Shown: positions 11,182-24,566 of the stretch, one piece after another | How positions within the stretch are numbered: position 1 is the first letter of the stretch | How the letters are laid out: each line of letters begins with the position of its first letter | Assembly (NCBI GenBank): GCA_964019335.1 | Contig: OZ025731.1 | Coordinates: 248,001 to 312,000 of the forward strand | Origin: Diplonema japonicum | Taxonomy: Eukaryota; Protista; Euglenozoa: Diplonemea | Direction: 5' to 3' | Length of the DNA stretch: 64,000 bases | Notes under the pieces: generated by a model | The model's database searches: none | What the model was told of the DNA's origin: nothing | The model's input: only the letters and a program-made list of their open reading frames with translations | Program-made: the position numbers and the translations under genes

Positions 11182-11630
11182 GAAAAGAAGAAGAAAAAAA
11201 AAAGAAAAAAAAAAGTTTATACCCCCCTTTCACTTAAAATTTGAAAGATGCTGGGAGGTATGTCATCACTCCCTCTTCTAGTTTTTTTTTATCCCACCCC
11301 CCCTTTTCAGTTTTCTATATGTTTTGGTTCTATTACTTTTTTTGAAGAATGGATTTTTATCAGTGAACTTTGTGATGAACGGGAAAAAAAAAAAAAAAGA
11401 AAAGAAAAAAAAAAAAATCCCAGTTCACAATGCTGTAAACTGAGGTGGAAGAGAAAAAAAAAAAAGAAGAAGAAGAAGAAGAAGAAGAAGAAGAAGAAAA
11501 AAAAAAGAAAAAGAGAAGAATAACCATAATTTTTATTTTTTAAAAAAATAATAATAATAATAATTAATCTTTTACATTTCATTTTTTTTTTGTAAGGCGT
11601 TTGTTCAGATGTGGAAAAAAAAGAAGAAAA

Positions 11631-11659
11631 GATAAATTTCAGTGTGCGGTGCTCACCGT
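11631..11659 (-). mobile_element. Isolated 3'-terminal remnant of the non-LTR retroelement
   Basis: Reverse complement acggtgagcaccgcacactgaaatttatc matches the 3' ends at ~5262-5295 and ~40720-40753. Confidence 0.55.
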
Positions 11660-11989
11660 AAAAAAAGAATCCTGTCTGACGCAGACGCACGCCCCCTCCC
11701 CCCCTCTCCTAGTCACCTAGTCATTCATATTTCTTTTTTGAAAAAAAAAAGTACACCTTTTTTCCCCCATTTTTTTACTTTCTAGCTGAAACTAGCTGGG
11801 CCTGTTATTAAATATAATATTATTAAACTTGTTGGGCTTTATGAGGTAAAAAAAAAAAAAAAAAAAAAAAAAAACACACACACACATAACATAGATAGGG
11901 AAAAAAAGTTTTTTTTAAAAAAGAAATACAAAATGAAGATGAAGACCGGGTCCCCCTTCCCCTCCATGTGGGCTTCTTCGTTCTTTCTT

Positions 11990-12042
<53 letters not shown>

Positions 12043-13372
12043 GATTACCAGGCTAAAGAAATTGATCTTTACATTTCCAACCTGTGTGGTGAGAGGGCAA
12101 CGTCACACCCCTTTTTTTTCTTCTTTTTTTTTTTATTTCAAAGCAGAACACACTTCCCTTTTCTACCAAAACCCTCTTTCCTCCTTTCCCCCCCCCTCTC
12201 TTTTTTTTCTCTTTTGTAGCCGGTCTTTGGTGTGGCCATTAAGTCTTAGCGGCTCCTCTTAGAGGTTTACTGTCTACCTGCCTTTTTTTTGTTTTTGTTT
12301 TTCCAGTGAAAAAGGAAAAAAAAACCGAAAAAAGAAAAGAAAAAAAAAAGAAAACTCTTCTCTCAATCGAGAGAAGAAGGTGCATTGAGTTCTATTAGTT
12401 TGTAATACAGACCAAAAATTCTCTCGGTTTTTCTTTTTTTTTTTTCTCTCTCTTTTGTTTTTTTTTTTTCCTCTTCTTTCTCTTTGTTTTGTTTTCATCC
12501 TGTTTCTTTTCTTTTCTTTTCTTTCTTTTTCTTTTTTTTTACCCCCCAATCTATGTCCCCGCTCCCTTAAGAATTGGTCGAAGGGGTCACAGGAGTAAGG
12601 GGGAAAAAAAGAAGAAATGGAAAAAGAAAAAAGAAAAAAAAGGAGTTTGAGGGTCCCCCCCCCCCCCCCCCCCCTTTATTTCACCCCCCTTAAATGTGTG
12701 TCACAAAATCTGCTTTTTTTTTTCTTCTCTTCCCTTTTTTTCTTCTTTTTTTTTCTTATTCTTGTGCTTCTCTCTTTCATGTAAATAAATACCCCCTTTT
12801 TTTTTCCCAGCGATTAGAAGGGGGGAAAACTTCCTCAGAACGGAGGGAAACGGCAATTTTTTTTTGGGGGGGCAGAGTTTTTTTTTTCTTCATGTTTCTT
12901 CTTTTTCCGATCTTGACCCATACTGCAGGTTCCCTTCAAAGAGATCTTTTTTTTTTTGTCGTTTTCTCTATCAAATTACCATATTTAAGTTAAATTAAAT
13001 GGAAAAAAAAAAAAAAAAAGTGCCAGACAGGGAGGTCTGGTAAATGGTTCGGGAACAAATTTCTGCGTAGCTTTTATTGGGCGTGCAAAAAAACTTTTCG
13101 ATTTTTTTTTTGTCGCTCATTTGGCGGTGAATAAGTCGTTTTTTTTTTCTCTTTCACTGGAAAACGAGTGCATTTTCGGGAAACCCTCCTATTTTTCGAA
13201 TTTTTCGCACCCTTGTGCAAGAAATTAATAAAACAAAGGGGTGGGGGGGGGGGGGGGGGGGGGGGTTCATATGTGAGTGAAGAAAATGGCAATGAGCATG
13301 TAAAAAAAAGAAAAAAAAAAAGAAGAAAAAAAATTTTTTTCCGGACCGTAACTAAAACACAACTAGTTTCCC

Positions 13373-13415
<43 letters not shown>

Positions 13416-14921
13416 GCCCCTCCTTTCCCTCTTCTCCTTCATCTATTTTTTTTTTTCCCCTTGAAAAATGCCCGCTCAGCCTGATTTTTTCAAAAGAGTC
13501 TTTTGACTTGTCTAAACAAAAGAAGGGGGAGTTGTTTGGCAGCGTATATACTGGTCAGAAGCTTGAGGGAGAATAAGAGGCGAGGGGGAAAGAAAAAAAC
13601 GAGAAAGAAAAGGGGGGGAAAATGTAAGAACTACAAAAAAAAAAAAGAAGAAAAGAACATCGCTGCCTCTTTAACAAGGAGTAACCACCACCCCCCCCCC
13701 CTTTTTTACTGTTTCGAATAGTAGGAGGGGGGAAGAAGAAACAATTGCTCCCTTTTTTTTTATTTCCCCATTATGGTAGGCTCCTTGCCTATCATGGCTG
13801 AATTATTATATTTTTTCTTTCACCCCCCCCCCCCCCCCCCCTCCCTGGTTCACGTATTTATTTACTTTTTTGAACCCCCACCCACAGATTTTTCTTTCTT
13901 CTTCAATAGAAAAAAAATGCTACCAAGGATTGAGGAAAAAAAAAAAATGGTTTACTAGTAAGACCGACTACTATAGATGCCTGTTGAAGAAAAAAGAAGA
14001 AAGTTTAAAAAAAAAAGGTGGGAGAAAAAGAAGCATTTCTCCCCCCCCCCCCCATTATCGTCCTGTCTTTCACTCCGCTCTTTTTTTTTCTTCCTTAGCT
14101 TCTTCATTTTTCTATCCTACTGTTTAACACCCCCTTACCCGTCCCTCCTGGTTGTCTTGCGCCACCAGGCTGCCCACACACATAAATAAAATAAATGGAG
14201 GGGTAGTGCGAAAAAAGGTAATTAAATAAATAAAACAAAACAAAAAAAAATAAGGGGTAAAAAAAAGGGAGGGCAAAAGTCAGGAGGTATCTGGTGCTTT
14301 GGCCCCCCCCTTTTTTTTACATAAACAGACATCTAAGAAGGAAGGGAGGGGGGGGGAGGAAGAGAAGAAAGAGCAAAAAAAAAATTAAAAATACGTGCAC
14401 CGTGAATATGGTCATGGGTGCCTGACTCGTGATTAATTTGCCGTGCATTTTCAGTTGACTTTTTTTTCTTCCTCCCCCCAGGTATCCCCCCTTTCTTCCC
14501 CCCCCTTTTTTTTCCCTTATCTCTTGCATCGCCCCGCAGCGGGCACAGCTTTGTGAATATATTTTAAAACTACTTGATTCATCAACAAAGGGGGTAGTCA
14601 AAAAGCGGAGGAAAAAAAAAAAAAAAAAAGAACAACAGCCCACTGTATAATACTTCCCCCCCTTCATTTTCTTTTTGCAAGCTAGAGGAACCACCCGATT
14701 GCTGCTGCTTTGCCCCTACTTACGAAAAAAAAAAGTAGCAATAAATCTGCGGTTTTGGGGGAACCCAAATTTTGCCAAGCTTCGTGTACGTAGCCAAAAG
14801 GAAGAGGGGGAGAACATGGTGGGTGTCAACGGGTTTACAGTGTGGGGGAAAAAAAAAAAGAAAAAAAAATCTCGAGAGACATGAATTTTTTTACGTGGTT
14901 TTCGTCATCATAGTGATTTTC

Positions 14922-14953
<32 letters not shown>

Positions 14954-15245
14954 CCTATCCCCCATTCCCTTCCCCCCCCCTTTTTTTTCCCTTCATCACT
15001 ATTTTTCTATTTTTGAACAATGGGGGGTGTGGTACACCCTCAAATGCTTCGGCTACAAGGATGCACTAACTGGGAAAAGCGCTCTTCCTTTTTTTAATTT
15101 CTATCTGGCCTCCTTTTTTTTGTGGCGTGAACAGTGAAGTCTGACGGTGGGGAAAGGAGGTACTCTCCCTTTTCTACCTTTAGGACATCGTGTAGATCCA
15201 ATGGGAACAACTGGTGGCGCATGTTACAGTTCGTGGAACGAAGGG

Positions 15246-15289
<44 letters not shown>

Positions 15290-15541
15290 TCCTGTTTAAT
15301 GTTTCCATTTCCCCCCCTATTTTTTTTTATATCTTGTGACGATTTATGTCCCTCCCTCCCCCCCCCTCTACCGACTTTTCTTTTGCTAAGAGCATGGGTG
15401 GTCTGCCGGAAAACTAATTTTCTTTTTATCGCATTTAATCTGTGATGAAAAAAAAGCTAGCAAAATATTTCCTTTTTTTCTTCTTTTTTAAAATGGCCCC
15501 CTCTTTTTCTCTCCCCCTCCCCCTCCTGTTTTGTTCCTACT

Positions 15542-15572
<31 letters not shown>

Positions 15573-15807
15573 CCCTTTTTCCCTTTTCCAAAAAGAGAAA
15601 AAAAAAAAGAGTGCTAGTATCAGTGCGACAACAAGAGGCATGATATTTTTCATTCTTTTTTTTTTTTAATTCTTATTTTTTTTACCCCCCCCTATTTCAT
15701 TTAATCAAAAAAAAGCAAAGAAAAGTTTTTTTTCTTATTTCATTCCCCCTCCCCCCGAGTTATTAAAAAACCTTTTACCTCTTCAAGCATACGGGCGAGG
15801 GGGGGGG

Positions 15808-16155
15808 ATGGAAAGTGAACTAAAAACCGGGTTCAAGCCCCCCTTGGAAAACGATGAATCTGAAGAAGACGAGTTAGGCAAGACACAACCTTTGTACCAC
15901 AGTGATAATATTAGAGGCTTTGCACAAAGGACGCGATCGGGCACGGAAGGGATCGACAGGCTAAGGGCAATGTCAGGTGTGCCATTAGGCCCCCCGGTCT
16001 GCACAGTACAAAGCAGTTCAACTGACGACAGTTTGACGGAAGAAATCGACTTGGTCATCTCCTCCCTGCAAGGCGTCATGTCCGGGAAAATCTGCCCAAA
16101 AACAGCACAGGAACAAGTCCTTGCTACCGCTGCTTTCATAGCAGGCTACGTGTGA
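15808..16155 (+). CDS. Small hypothetical protein (115 aa)
   Basis: Complex-sequence ORF island between homopolymer tracts; stop followed by poly-T. Confidence 0.55.
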   Translation: MESELKTGFKPPLENDESEEDELGKTQPLYHSDNIRGFAQRTRSGTEGIDRLRAMSGVPLGPPVCTVQSSSTDDSLTEEIDLVISSLQGVMSGKICPKTAQEQVLATAAFIAGYV

Positions 16156-16183
16156 ATTTTTTTTTTTTTTTTTTTTCCCACCG

Positions 16184-16255
<72 letters not shown>

Positions 16256-16262
16256 AAAGAAA

Positions 16263-17751
16263 ATGTCAAAAAGCAAAAGCCCAACAAGCCGCCGGCCGAC
16301 GAACACGCCGTTCAGGCAGCAGAGGCTGATGGCGTGGACACCTGTGTACGGAAGCGGTGGGACCATATTTTGCCTGGTGGCATCGGCGATATTCCTGCTG
16401 CCCATGGGAGCGGTCATACTGGTGGCAAGCCGTGATACTCAAGTTGTCGAATTTAGGTACGACAACCACGAAGACCTCCTTGACTGCCCGTGGGTCAAAG
16501 GCGCTCCCAACGAAAGATGCTTCGACTTCCCTTGCAGGGAAGAGGACGGCTTCGAATGCTCGCGACAAAGCAGCTGCGGGATGATCGCCAACCTCGCCCC
16601 GCACTGCCCGAGAAAACTGGAAAACCTCCAACCGGACGATATTAGAAAACTCGATAACTGCGACCCACACTGCACGGCTTCTGTGAACTTCACCGTGACG
16701 GAAACCATCGACGGCCCTGTGTACATGTATTACAAAATAGAAGAAATGTGGCAAAACCATCGTAAATATGTAGACGGGCGGTCTGAAGCACAGCTTGCAG
16801 GAAAATCCGCGACCACAGGCGACTGCCCTCCGTATCTCCGCCCTGCAGCTAGATCTAACAACACTTGGTGTCAGGAAATGACAAAAACGGATAACGACTC
16901 AGGGCTGCACTGCAACGCATTGCCCTTCGAACACGGCAATGTAAAAGTAGTAGGTGCTTTGAACTATGCACCGTGTGGGCTGTCAGCGTGGTCGATGTTC
17001 AACGACTCCTTCACTCTGACAAGTGTTGAGGACAACCAGGTGATTTGCAATGGGGAAAATCCGTCTGCGAACTGTACAAGAACAGGAATTTCTTGGACGT
17101 CTGACAGGGACCACCGTTATCGAGCACCTCATGTTTCAGATTCCACATTTATGCACGGCGGCTTCAAAGATAAAATCGAGGCTTTTTGGTCCGGAGCCGA
17201 TGCTCCCTCCAACGAGTCCTCTGTTACCCGTCTTGAGAACATCACCGTTCCTTATCTGTACCATGGTTGGTACCTTTTTGAACCTTACCATAGAATCCCA
17301 AATCAGCTCGATGAAGATTTAATGGTTTGGAACAAGGTCGCGTTGCTTAAAACCTTTCACAAGTTGTACCGAAAGATCGACCAGTCGATCCCTCCCGGGA
17401 CGTACCGTGTGGACATCAAGCATCGGTTCAACGTGAGGTTGTTCGAGGGGAGGAAGAGCTTTGTCTTAAGAAACGCGAAGTGGACGGGTGCGAAGCATGA
17501 TTTCATCGGAATTTTGATGCTGTGCCTCGGATCGCTCGACTTTTGCCTTGCTGTGGGTTTTATAGTATGATTTGAAAGATTTAAAAAAAAAAAAAAAAAA
17601 AAAAAACCAGATTCACTATCTCTGCTACAACAAGGCTCGCGAAGAGACACTTGAAAAATGGAACGAGGTCATGAAAACCAGGTCGCTGCAACACCGGATA
17701 CCGGTGGCAGATGATGAGATGAGCGAGGTAAAAGGGAATGAAAGGGCATGA
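16263..17751 (+). CDS. CDC50/LEM3-family P4-ATPase beta subunit; exons 16263-17564 and 17611-17751
   Basis: FRQQRLMAWTP, VYMYYKIEEMWQNHRKYV, PCGLSAWSMFNDSF, DEDLMVW, two TM helices; 46-nt GT-AG intron restores an in-frame C-terminus. Confidence 0.93.
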
Positions 17752-17903
17752 AAAAAAAAAATAAATAAATAGAGGGGAATTTTTTTCTTTTTTCCCCCTT
17801 GGGGGGGGGGGGGGGGGTGGAAGGATTCTTCTCGAGAATGAACAAAAAAAAAGGGAAGAAAAAAAAAAAAAAAGCTCACACGTTTTGTTAATCGGCAATT
17901 ATT

Positions 17904-18019
17904 ACTGTAAAATGGGGGGGGGGGGGGGGGGGGAGACAAAATAACCCGGGACGGGCCAATGCAGGTCTTCCTCCCGGTTTTGTCACTCCAACATTTTTTT
18001 TATTTTTTTTTTTTACAGT
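17904..18019. mobile_element. Miniature TA-CTGTAAA...TTTACAG-TA MITE related to 1512-2187
   Basis: tactgtaaaatg..gacaaaataacccggg pairs with cccggttttgtc..ttttacagta. Confidence 0.5.
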
Positions 18020-18355
18020 ATTTTTTTTTAAAAGGGAACAACGGAGCTCCCATGTTCCGCTTGTCCTGAAGGGAAGATGAAAAAAAGGGAGGGGGGTGGG
18101 AGAGGCAAGAAAAAAAAATATAAATTTCTATTTCGAAAAAGGGGGGGGAGTTGGGGGGGCGAAATAAAAAAAAGGAGTTTTTTTTTGGAAGGAAAGGGAG
18201 GCTGTCCCAACCTTCTGGGTATTTCTCTATTTCATTCCTCCCCCCCCCCCTCCTCCATTTTTTTTCTTTGACACTGTAAATACGAAAACAAAGAACCGCA
18301 GCCTGTATTTTTATTCAATCGGCTAGGCAACATCTTTATTTCTTTTTTTTTCTTA

Positions 18356-18389
<34 letters not shown>

Positions 18390-18855
18390 GTAAAAGGAAA
18401 TTGTTTCTACTCTGCCCCTCCCCCTTTTTTTGTTTCTTCTTTTTTTTTTTTTCCCTCACTTACTACCATACCTGCCTTTCCCCCAGAACCAACAACCCCT
18501 CGATTTTTCACCCTCTTCTCCTCTTTTTTCCACTTCATCCTGTATTTTTTCTCCCTTTTTTTCAGGTTTTGTACCAACTATTTTTTTTTTTATCTGGAGC
18601 AGTAGTGCAAGGAACCCCACTTGTTGGATAATGTATGGGAAAACTGCAATAAAGGACACCAGCTCGGCTTGGCACTCTGAAAAGACGACCGGAAGCTGGG
18701 AGTCTACAGCCAGTGCATATAGCTCACCACAAGAGCATGCCCTCAAAAAAAAAAAAAAAGTGGAATATCTTGTCTTTTACTTTGAATTTTTTTCCCCCCC
18801 CAAAAAAAAAATAATTTTTCCTAGGTACCCCCCTGGGGGAAGGGGGGAAAAAAAA

Positions 18856-20010
18856 ATGCCGGGTGCAGGGAAAATCATATTTTTCAGCATTGCTGTGACA
18901 GCGGCTCTAACAGCAGTAAGCCTTATAGGGAACACGCTGACGGAAACTGAGGACGGTTGGGTGATGACCATACGCATCCCGGTGGGAAAAACGGCCGTAA
19001 AGGACGACCGCCCGACAAATATAAATTCTACCTCCCCGTCACCGGCCCCAACACAACACACACCCCCTCAAAGCGTCGGAAGCGAAATCCAGCTGAAGCT
19101 CCACCCTGCAAAGCTCCATTCCTCGTGTCCTCCACGGGCGGCGGACGAACCAGAAGAGTACCCTGAAAACGGGGTCAAAATGTGCCCGATCCCTGGACTG
19201 AACAATCTACTTTACACACAGGTAAATCGATACTATTGCGCAGCACGGGACAGAGTGAAGCTAAACCTACGGGACAGGCTCTGCATGAAGTACTCAAAGG
19301 ACTGGTTTCGATACTCGGAAATCCTTGATATCGAGGAAAAAGGTGGCCCGCCTGTGTGTTTCGGGAGCAATTTCGCGGACCCTGAAAAATACCTGAAGCG
19401 ATGCGAGTGGAAGAACATCCGGGAGTGGTACGGGAGCAGAAATTTTTGGGCAGCAAGAAAAAAAATCGCGTTCAACAAAGGCTACATGGAATACGCTGAA
19501 AAATGGTTGGAAAAAAACTCCGGAGGTTCGAAATTTTTGGCGATTCACGTGAGGCGGGGGGACTACTTCACACACTGCAAACAAATCGCAAAGAAGAAAG
19601 AACCTGCTTGGCATGCCTTCTCATGGAACAAGGCACACAAAACCGTTTCAGAAGGGGGTGGTTACGTGAGGCAGGCTTGCTACCCTACAATGGAGGAGGT
19701 AGCAGCCGGCATAGACAGAGTTGTCGGCCACCAGAAAGATGCAAACATCACCTCTGTCTTTGTGTCATCCAACGATAAAGATCTCATAAAGAATGTTTCT
19801 CTCTTGGTGTCGTCTCCACTCTCCTTCTTCCAGCTGCACTTCCCGAACGGAACCTCTCTACGAGGGGTGGACCAGGCAATCATCGACATGGTGATCCTGA
19901 GTAAGGCCTCCTCGTGGATCCTGAACCGCTACTCCTCGTTCTCTGCCACACCTTACGAATTGGCTTACACCGACGGGAGGGTTACTGTGGACAATCTGTG
20001 GTGGTGGTGA
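18856..20010 (+). CDS. GDP-fucose protein O-fucosyltransferase-like glycosyltransferase (type II membrane protein)
   Basis: N-terminal anchor; GLNN, FLAIHVRRGDY, VFVSSND, AIIDMVILSKAS..SSFS motifs; ATG after poly-A (upstream ORF extension is low-complexity). Confidence 0.8.
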   Translation: MPGAGKIIFFSIAVTAALTAVSLIGNTLTETEDGWVMTIRIPVGKTAVKDDRPTNINSTSPSPAPTQHTPPQSVGSEIQLKLHPAKLHSSCPPRAADEPEEYPENGVKMCPIPGLNNLLYTQVNRYYCAARDRVKLNLRDRLCMKYSKDWFRYSEILDIEEKGGPPVCFGSNFADPEKYLKRCEWKNIREWYGSRNFWAARKKIAFNKGYMEYAEKWLEKNSGGSKFLAIHVRRGDYFTHCKQIAKKKEPAWHAFSWNKAHKTVSEGGGYVRQACYPTMEEVAAGIDRVVGHQKDANITSVFVSSNDKDLIKNVSLLVSSPLSFFQLHFPNGTSLRGVDQAIIDMVILSKASSWILNRYSSFSATPYELAYTDGRVTVDNLWWW

Positions 20011-20361
20011 ACGAAAATTTAAAAAAAAAATAATTGGGCGGGGTAAAAGAAAAGTTTTTTTTTTTCTATTAATTTTTTTTTTAAAAAAAGTTTTAAAAAA
20101 TCAATACAGGGATCACCCCCCCAACAAAAAAAAAGTAAGAAGAGAGGAAAGAAGAAAAAACCCACCCCCCCACCCAGCCCCCCCCTCGATTCCTCCTCTG
20201 GGGTAGATTAGATAACACAGGGGAGAGGGGGACTTTTTTTTTCCTTAGACTTCTCCCCTCCCCCCCTTCCCCCCTACATCTTCGCCTCTCTCCCCCCCCC
20301 CCCCCCCTTCCCCTTCCCCCGAGTCTTCGGGGTTGTTGCGAGTCTGGATTCATTAGGTGCG

Positions 20362-23300
20362 ATGCCCGTGCCGCCGCAGCCGAGGGGTTCGGTAGGAAGG
20401 AGTGGGCAGGCACCGGTTCCTGCAACGGTGGTGCAGCAGGGTGGGGTGCAAGGAGGCGCGCCGCAGCCTGTGGCCCCCACACCGATGGTGTCACAGGTGC
20501 AGCCGCATTTGCCGTCGCAGCTCCGAGGAACGCAGCTACAGTGGGGACGATTGATGGCCAAAGGCGTGGACCTGAGGGTGGATCTACTCAAGAAATGGGT
20601 CGAAGACACAGCGCCCGTTGTGCCGTGGCCCCGGCCCCACCAGCCTCTGGAGCTATTGGCGTATAAGCTCACCACACTAACGAACACATCCACCTTGACT
20701 GTCTACTCCTCCTTTCCCGTCGAGAACCCGCCCGATAAAAGCTTGACACATGTGATTATTTCAGCGGAGGACAAAGGCTTCGACCTGGTCAGGGTGCTCG
20801 ACTGCAAACCGAACACGCTCTCCGACTCGGACGTCAAGGTGATGCGCGCGTACGTCGACTGCTGGCACGACTGCCCTCCCTGGCCGCTTGTCATCCGCCT
20901 CGCGAACAGCGACGAGGTGGCGGCGTATAAGGCCGAACACATCCGCGCTGAGAAATGGATGTTCGAGCAAATGCAGCGGGCAGTGGACAGCAGGAAGATC
21001 GCGGTAACCGCAGTGGAGTTCAGGTACGACGGGAAGAAGCTGGGCATGATATATGACGCGGAAGGTGTCGGTCCTGACTTTAACGAGCTTCGAGGTGCGG
21101 AATCGAAGCTATCAGAGCTGTTGGGTGTCCGTGTGCGGATGCAGCGTGCCAGCGACCTCCCACCTCCTGCCGCGCTTGCTGCTGCCCACACGCTCCCACC
21201 TCACCAGAAGCCCACGTACCTAGCTGCGTTCCGCGACCCTTCTACGAATAATATGATCACGTTCGAGTCCAGTGTTGTGAATGGGCTCCGCTACTGGGTG
21301 AACGATTCTGAACGCCCTCCTCTGCAGTCGATCAGCTTGCTTGTAAGAGGTACGGGTGTCTCCCTCTGGTTTGTTGAGCAAGACCGCGGCATCACCCTCC
21401 CCAGGCACAACAGTGCCAAGATCATCACCGAGCTGACGAAACTCGCGAACTTGGCAGACATACCGCACAACCTCCCTGACATGACGACGCAGCCAATATC
21501 GCAGCTCACTCAAGGCCCTCAAGGGGCCAACCAGCAGCAGAGGGTCAACCAAGGTGGGAATGCTGCGGGGGGGTACCAGCAGCCCCAACAGCCACAGAAC
21601 GCCATTCAGCAGCAGCAGCTCCATCCGCACAACCACCAGCACCCGCACCCACAGCAGCACCAGCACCCCCACGTACAGCAGAGTTCTCACCAGCACCAAC
21701 ATCAGCATCAACATCAACACCAGCATCAGCATCAGCATCAGCACCAACACCAGCACCCTCATCAGATGCAACAGCAACAGCATCATCAGCACCAACAGCA
21801 ACAGCCGCCGCAACAACAGCAACAGCAGCAGCCCATCATCGCTGCGATGCCAGGGGGCCAGGTGCAGCCCGCGTCCCACGTCCCTGTGAGCACTGTCCCT
21901 CCCATGCAGCACCTCATGGAGCAGCAGCCACAACTTCAGCAGCAACCACAACCCCAGCAGCAGCAGCCGCTGCAGCAACAGCAGCCACAACAACTTTCTA
22001 GTGCCGCCCCTAAGACCATGCAAAGCAAGATGGTGGTGCAAGGGGCACCTAACCCTGCGGCACACCCTTTTGTTCCTAGCAACATGCATGCACAGATGTT
22101 CGACAGGAACTCGCACAACGTGCCCACTCTGAACGAGGGCAAGGAGCAGGAGGAGAAGCCCGCCAGGGCTATGGGGCTTGGGTACGATGAGGCCTCGCCA
22201 AAGAGACCCTCGCAGCAAGAGGGGTTGATCCTGCCGTCGTCGACGACGCCTGCCACCGTCCCGCAGGCGGGTAGCGGTGGGGCTGCTGCGTCACCTGTGG
22301 ACAAGGTGCAGACGCCGTGCCACTACTTCCAGTCAGGCGGGTGCAGCAGGGGGGACAGGTGCAGGTACCTCCATGTGTATCCCAGCGAGCAGCCCACGAA
22401 CGTACACATCCCCGAGTCCATGAAGGACGCAGTGCGGAGGGCCATCTCCTTCACAAACGAGGAGAAGACAAAGAAACCCGAGATCGAGATCCCACATCCC
22501 ATTGTGCCTGTCGAAACGCCGTCGGCGAAGATCGACCTAGACCTCGACAGCCACGCAGGGCAGGTCGAGTGGCTCATCATGAACAGCATGTCGCTGGGCC
22601 CCGAGTCCTTCGACCAGACAGCACATGAGTTCGCTTTGATCGAGGACGAGGCCAGGATAACTATATCGTATGTTGGACTGAAAGACAAAAGAAAATAATT
22701 CTTTTACAGGCATCAAGAGTTTGCAGAGCACAGGCGGCTGGAGTTCTGCATCTCTGAGCAGCTGGGGCCTCTGAGAGACGTCATAGCGAAGTATGAGTGG
22801 GCCAGGCTGGAGGTGAACACTGAAGAGACAGGAGTCCGACATGGTGTGGTGGAGGAGGAGAAGGACGAGTACGGGAAGCTCGAGACGGAGGTCCAGAAGG
22901 AAGGGACCTGGTTGGCGACCACAGCACCGCCGCAACAACATCAACAGCAACAAAGCGCTCCTGCGCGCGCACAGCACTTCACGGCGCCCCAGGTGTACAG
23001 GCCTCCGCCTCCTCTTATCCCTGCATCGTCTCTACCAAGCAACCTCACGTCCCCACTGACCACCCCGACTCCACCGCAACATGGACAGCCTGGTTCATGG
23101 AGTGGTGGTCAGCAACAACAGCCTCATGACGTGGCACCCTCTGCAGTGCAGCCTGCCTTCCGTGTCGTCACACCGCATGACGCACAGATCCAGGCCGCAG
23201 CCGCAAGGGCCGCACAGCACAATACGCTCGAGCCAAATGGTATGGGGAAAAAAGAAGAAGAAAAAAAGAGGGAAAAAAAAGGTGATAGCAAGCCGATTCA

Positions 23301-23919
23301 ATACCACCACCATCATCACCACCACCACCACCAGAACCAGCACACCGGGCACAAGGTAGGTGGAAAAAACAAAACAAAAAAAAAAAACAAAAAAAAAAAA
23401 AATCAGGGCAAGGGAGGGATGCATAAGCTGCAGCCAGGCAAGGTGCCAACTGCTATCTTCGTTTCACAGAAAGGGCAGTTGAAAAGGGAGGTGGCGAACA
23501 ACAGAAACTTCAACGATGGGGACAAGGCTGTGGTGACGAACGACCTCTTGGAGTTCCCAAAGCTCATGAGCAGCAAGGTAAAAAAGAAGGGGGGGGGGGG
23601 GGGGGGGGAGAGGGATGAAAGGATGGAAAAAAAAAAAAAGGAAATCACACAGCCCAAGACAATTCCGGAGCAGTTTGTAGGGCAAACCTCTGATGTTTTA
23701 GCCTGGAACGGAAGCAAGGACAAGAGAAGGGGGCCCCCTGTTACTGCAGCTAATTCCAGCTCAGGTAACAATACCCAAAATGTCCCCACTAGTGGCACAA
23801 GCGCGCAGGTAAGGAAGCGAGGGAACAAGAATTTGGAAGCGGCTGAAAAACTAAAAATGGAGAAGGCACTACAGAAGGTGGCCGAAAACTATCGTGACAA
23901 ACAGCACACAGTGTTTTGA
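20362..23919 (+). CDS. PSP1-domain, CCCH zinc-finger, poly-Q/H RNA-binding protein; introns 22668-22709, 23240-23281, 23356-23406, 23578-23652 (or -23640)
   Basis: PSP1-C-like VIRLANSDEV..AVEFRYDGKKL..PDFNEL..VRVRM; CHYFQSGGCSRGDRCRYLH; splicing 22668-22709 joins ORF 20362-22698 to ORF 22813-23919 in frame. Confidence 0.8.
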
Positions 23920-24275
23920 ATAATAAAAAAAAATTAAAAGAGAGGACAAAAAACGGGGGGGGGGGGGGGGGGAGTGTGTGGGGAGGGGGGGGAAAGAAAG
24001 ACATAAATATAGATTTGGCTTCGATCCCAATTTTTTTGTTTTGAAGAATGAACCCAGTTTGCTTCACCCCCCCCCCCCCCCCCCCCCATATCTTCTTTGT
24101 TTTTTCTTCTCCCTCCCCCCCCATCAATAAGAAATAAGAAAATGGAAAAAAGAAAATTAAATTGTTTTGGTTCTTTCCCTCTCCACTTCATAATTATCCC
24201 CTCCACCCCCTCCCCCTTTCTTAAGGAAAGAAGAAAAAAAATTGAAGAGAAAAAAGTTGGGGGGGGCTTAATGTT

Positions 24276-24475
24276 NNNNNNNNNNNNNNNNNNNNNNNNN
24301 NNNNNNNNNNNNNNNNNNNNNNNNNNNNNNNNNNNNNNNNNNNNNNNNNNNNNNNNNNNNNNNNNNNNNNNNNNNNNNNNNNNNNNNNNNNNNNNNNNNN
24401 NNNNNNNNNNNNNNNNNNNNNNNNNNNNNNNNNNNNNNNNNNNNNNNNNNNNNNNNNNNNNNNNNNNNNNNNNNN
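24276..24475. other. Assembly gap (200 N)
   Basis: Run of n. Confidence 1.
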
Positions 24476-24566
24476 AAAAAAAAAAAAAATCCAAAGTCTT
24501 TCTGAACTCCCGCGGTATAATAAAAAAAAAAAAAAAATTTAAAAAAAAAGGGGGGGGAGGGGAAAT

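Noticed and set aside
11200-15780. Many short ORFs rich in F/K/P/G
   Set aside because: Artefacts of homopolymer tracts; no recognisable coding, tRNA or rRNA signal
18430-18855. N-terminal extension of the fucosyltransferase ORF
   Set aside because: Largely homopolymeric; the ATG at 18856 follows poly-A and precedes a membrane anchor
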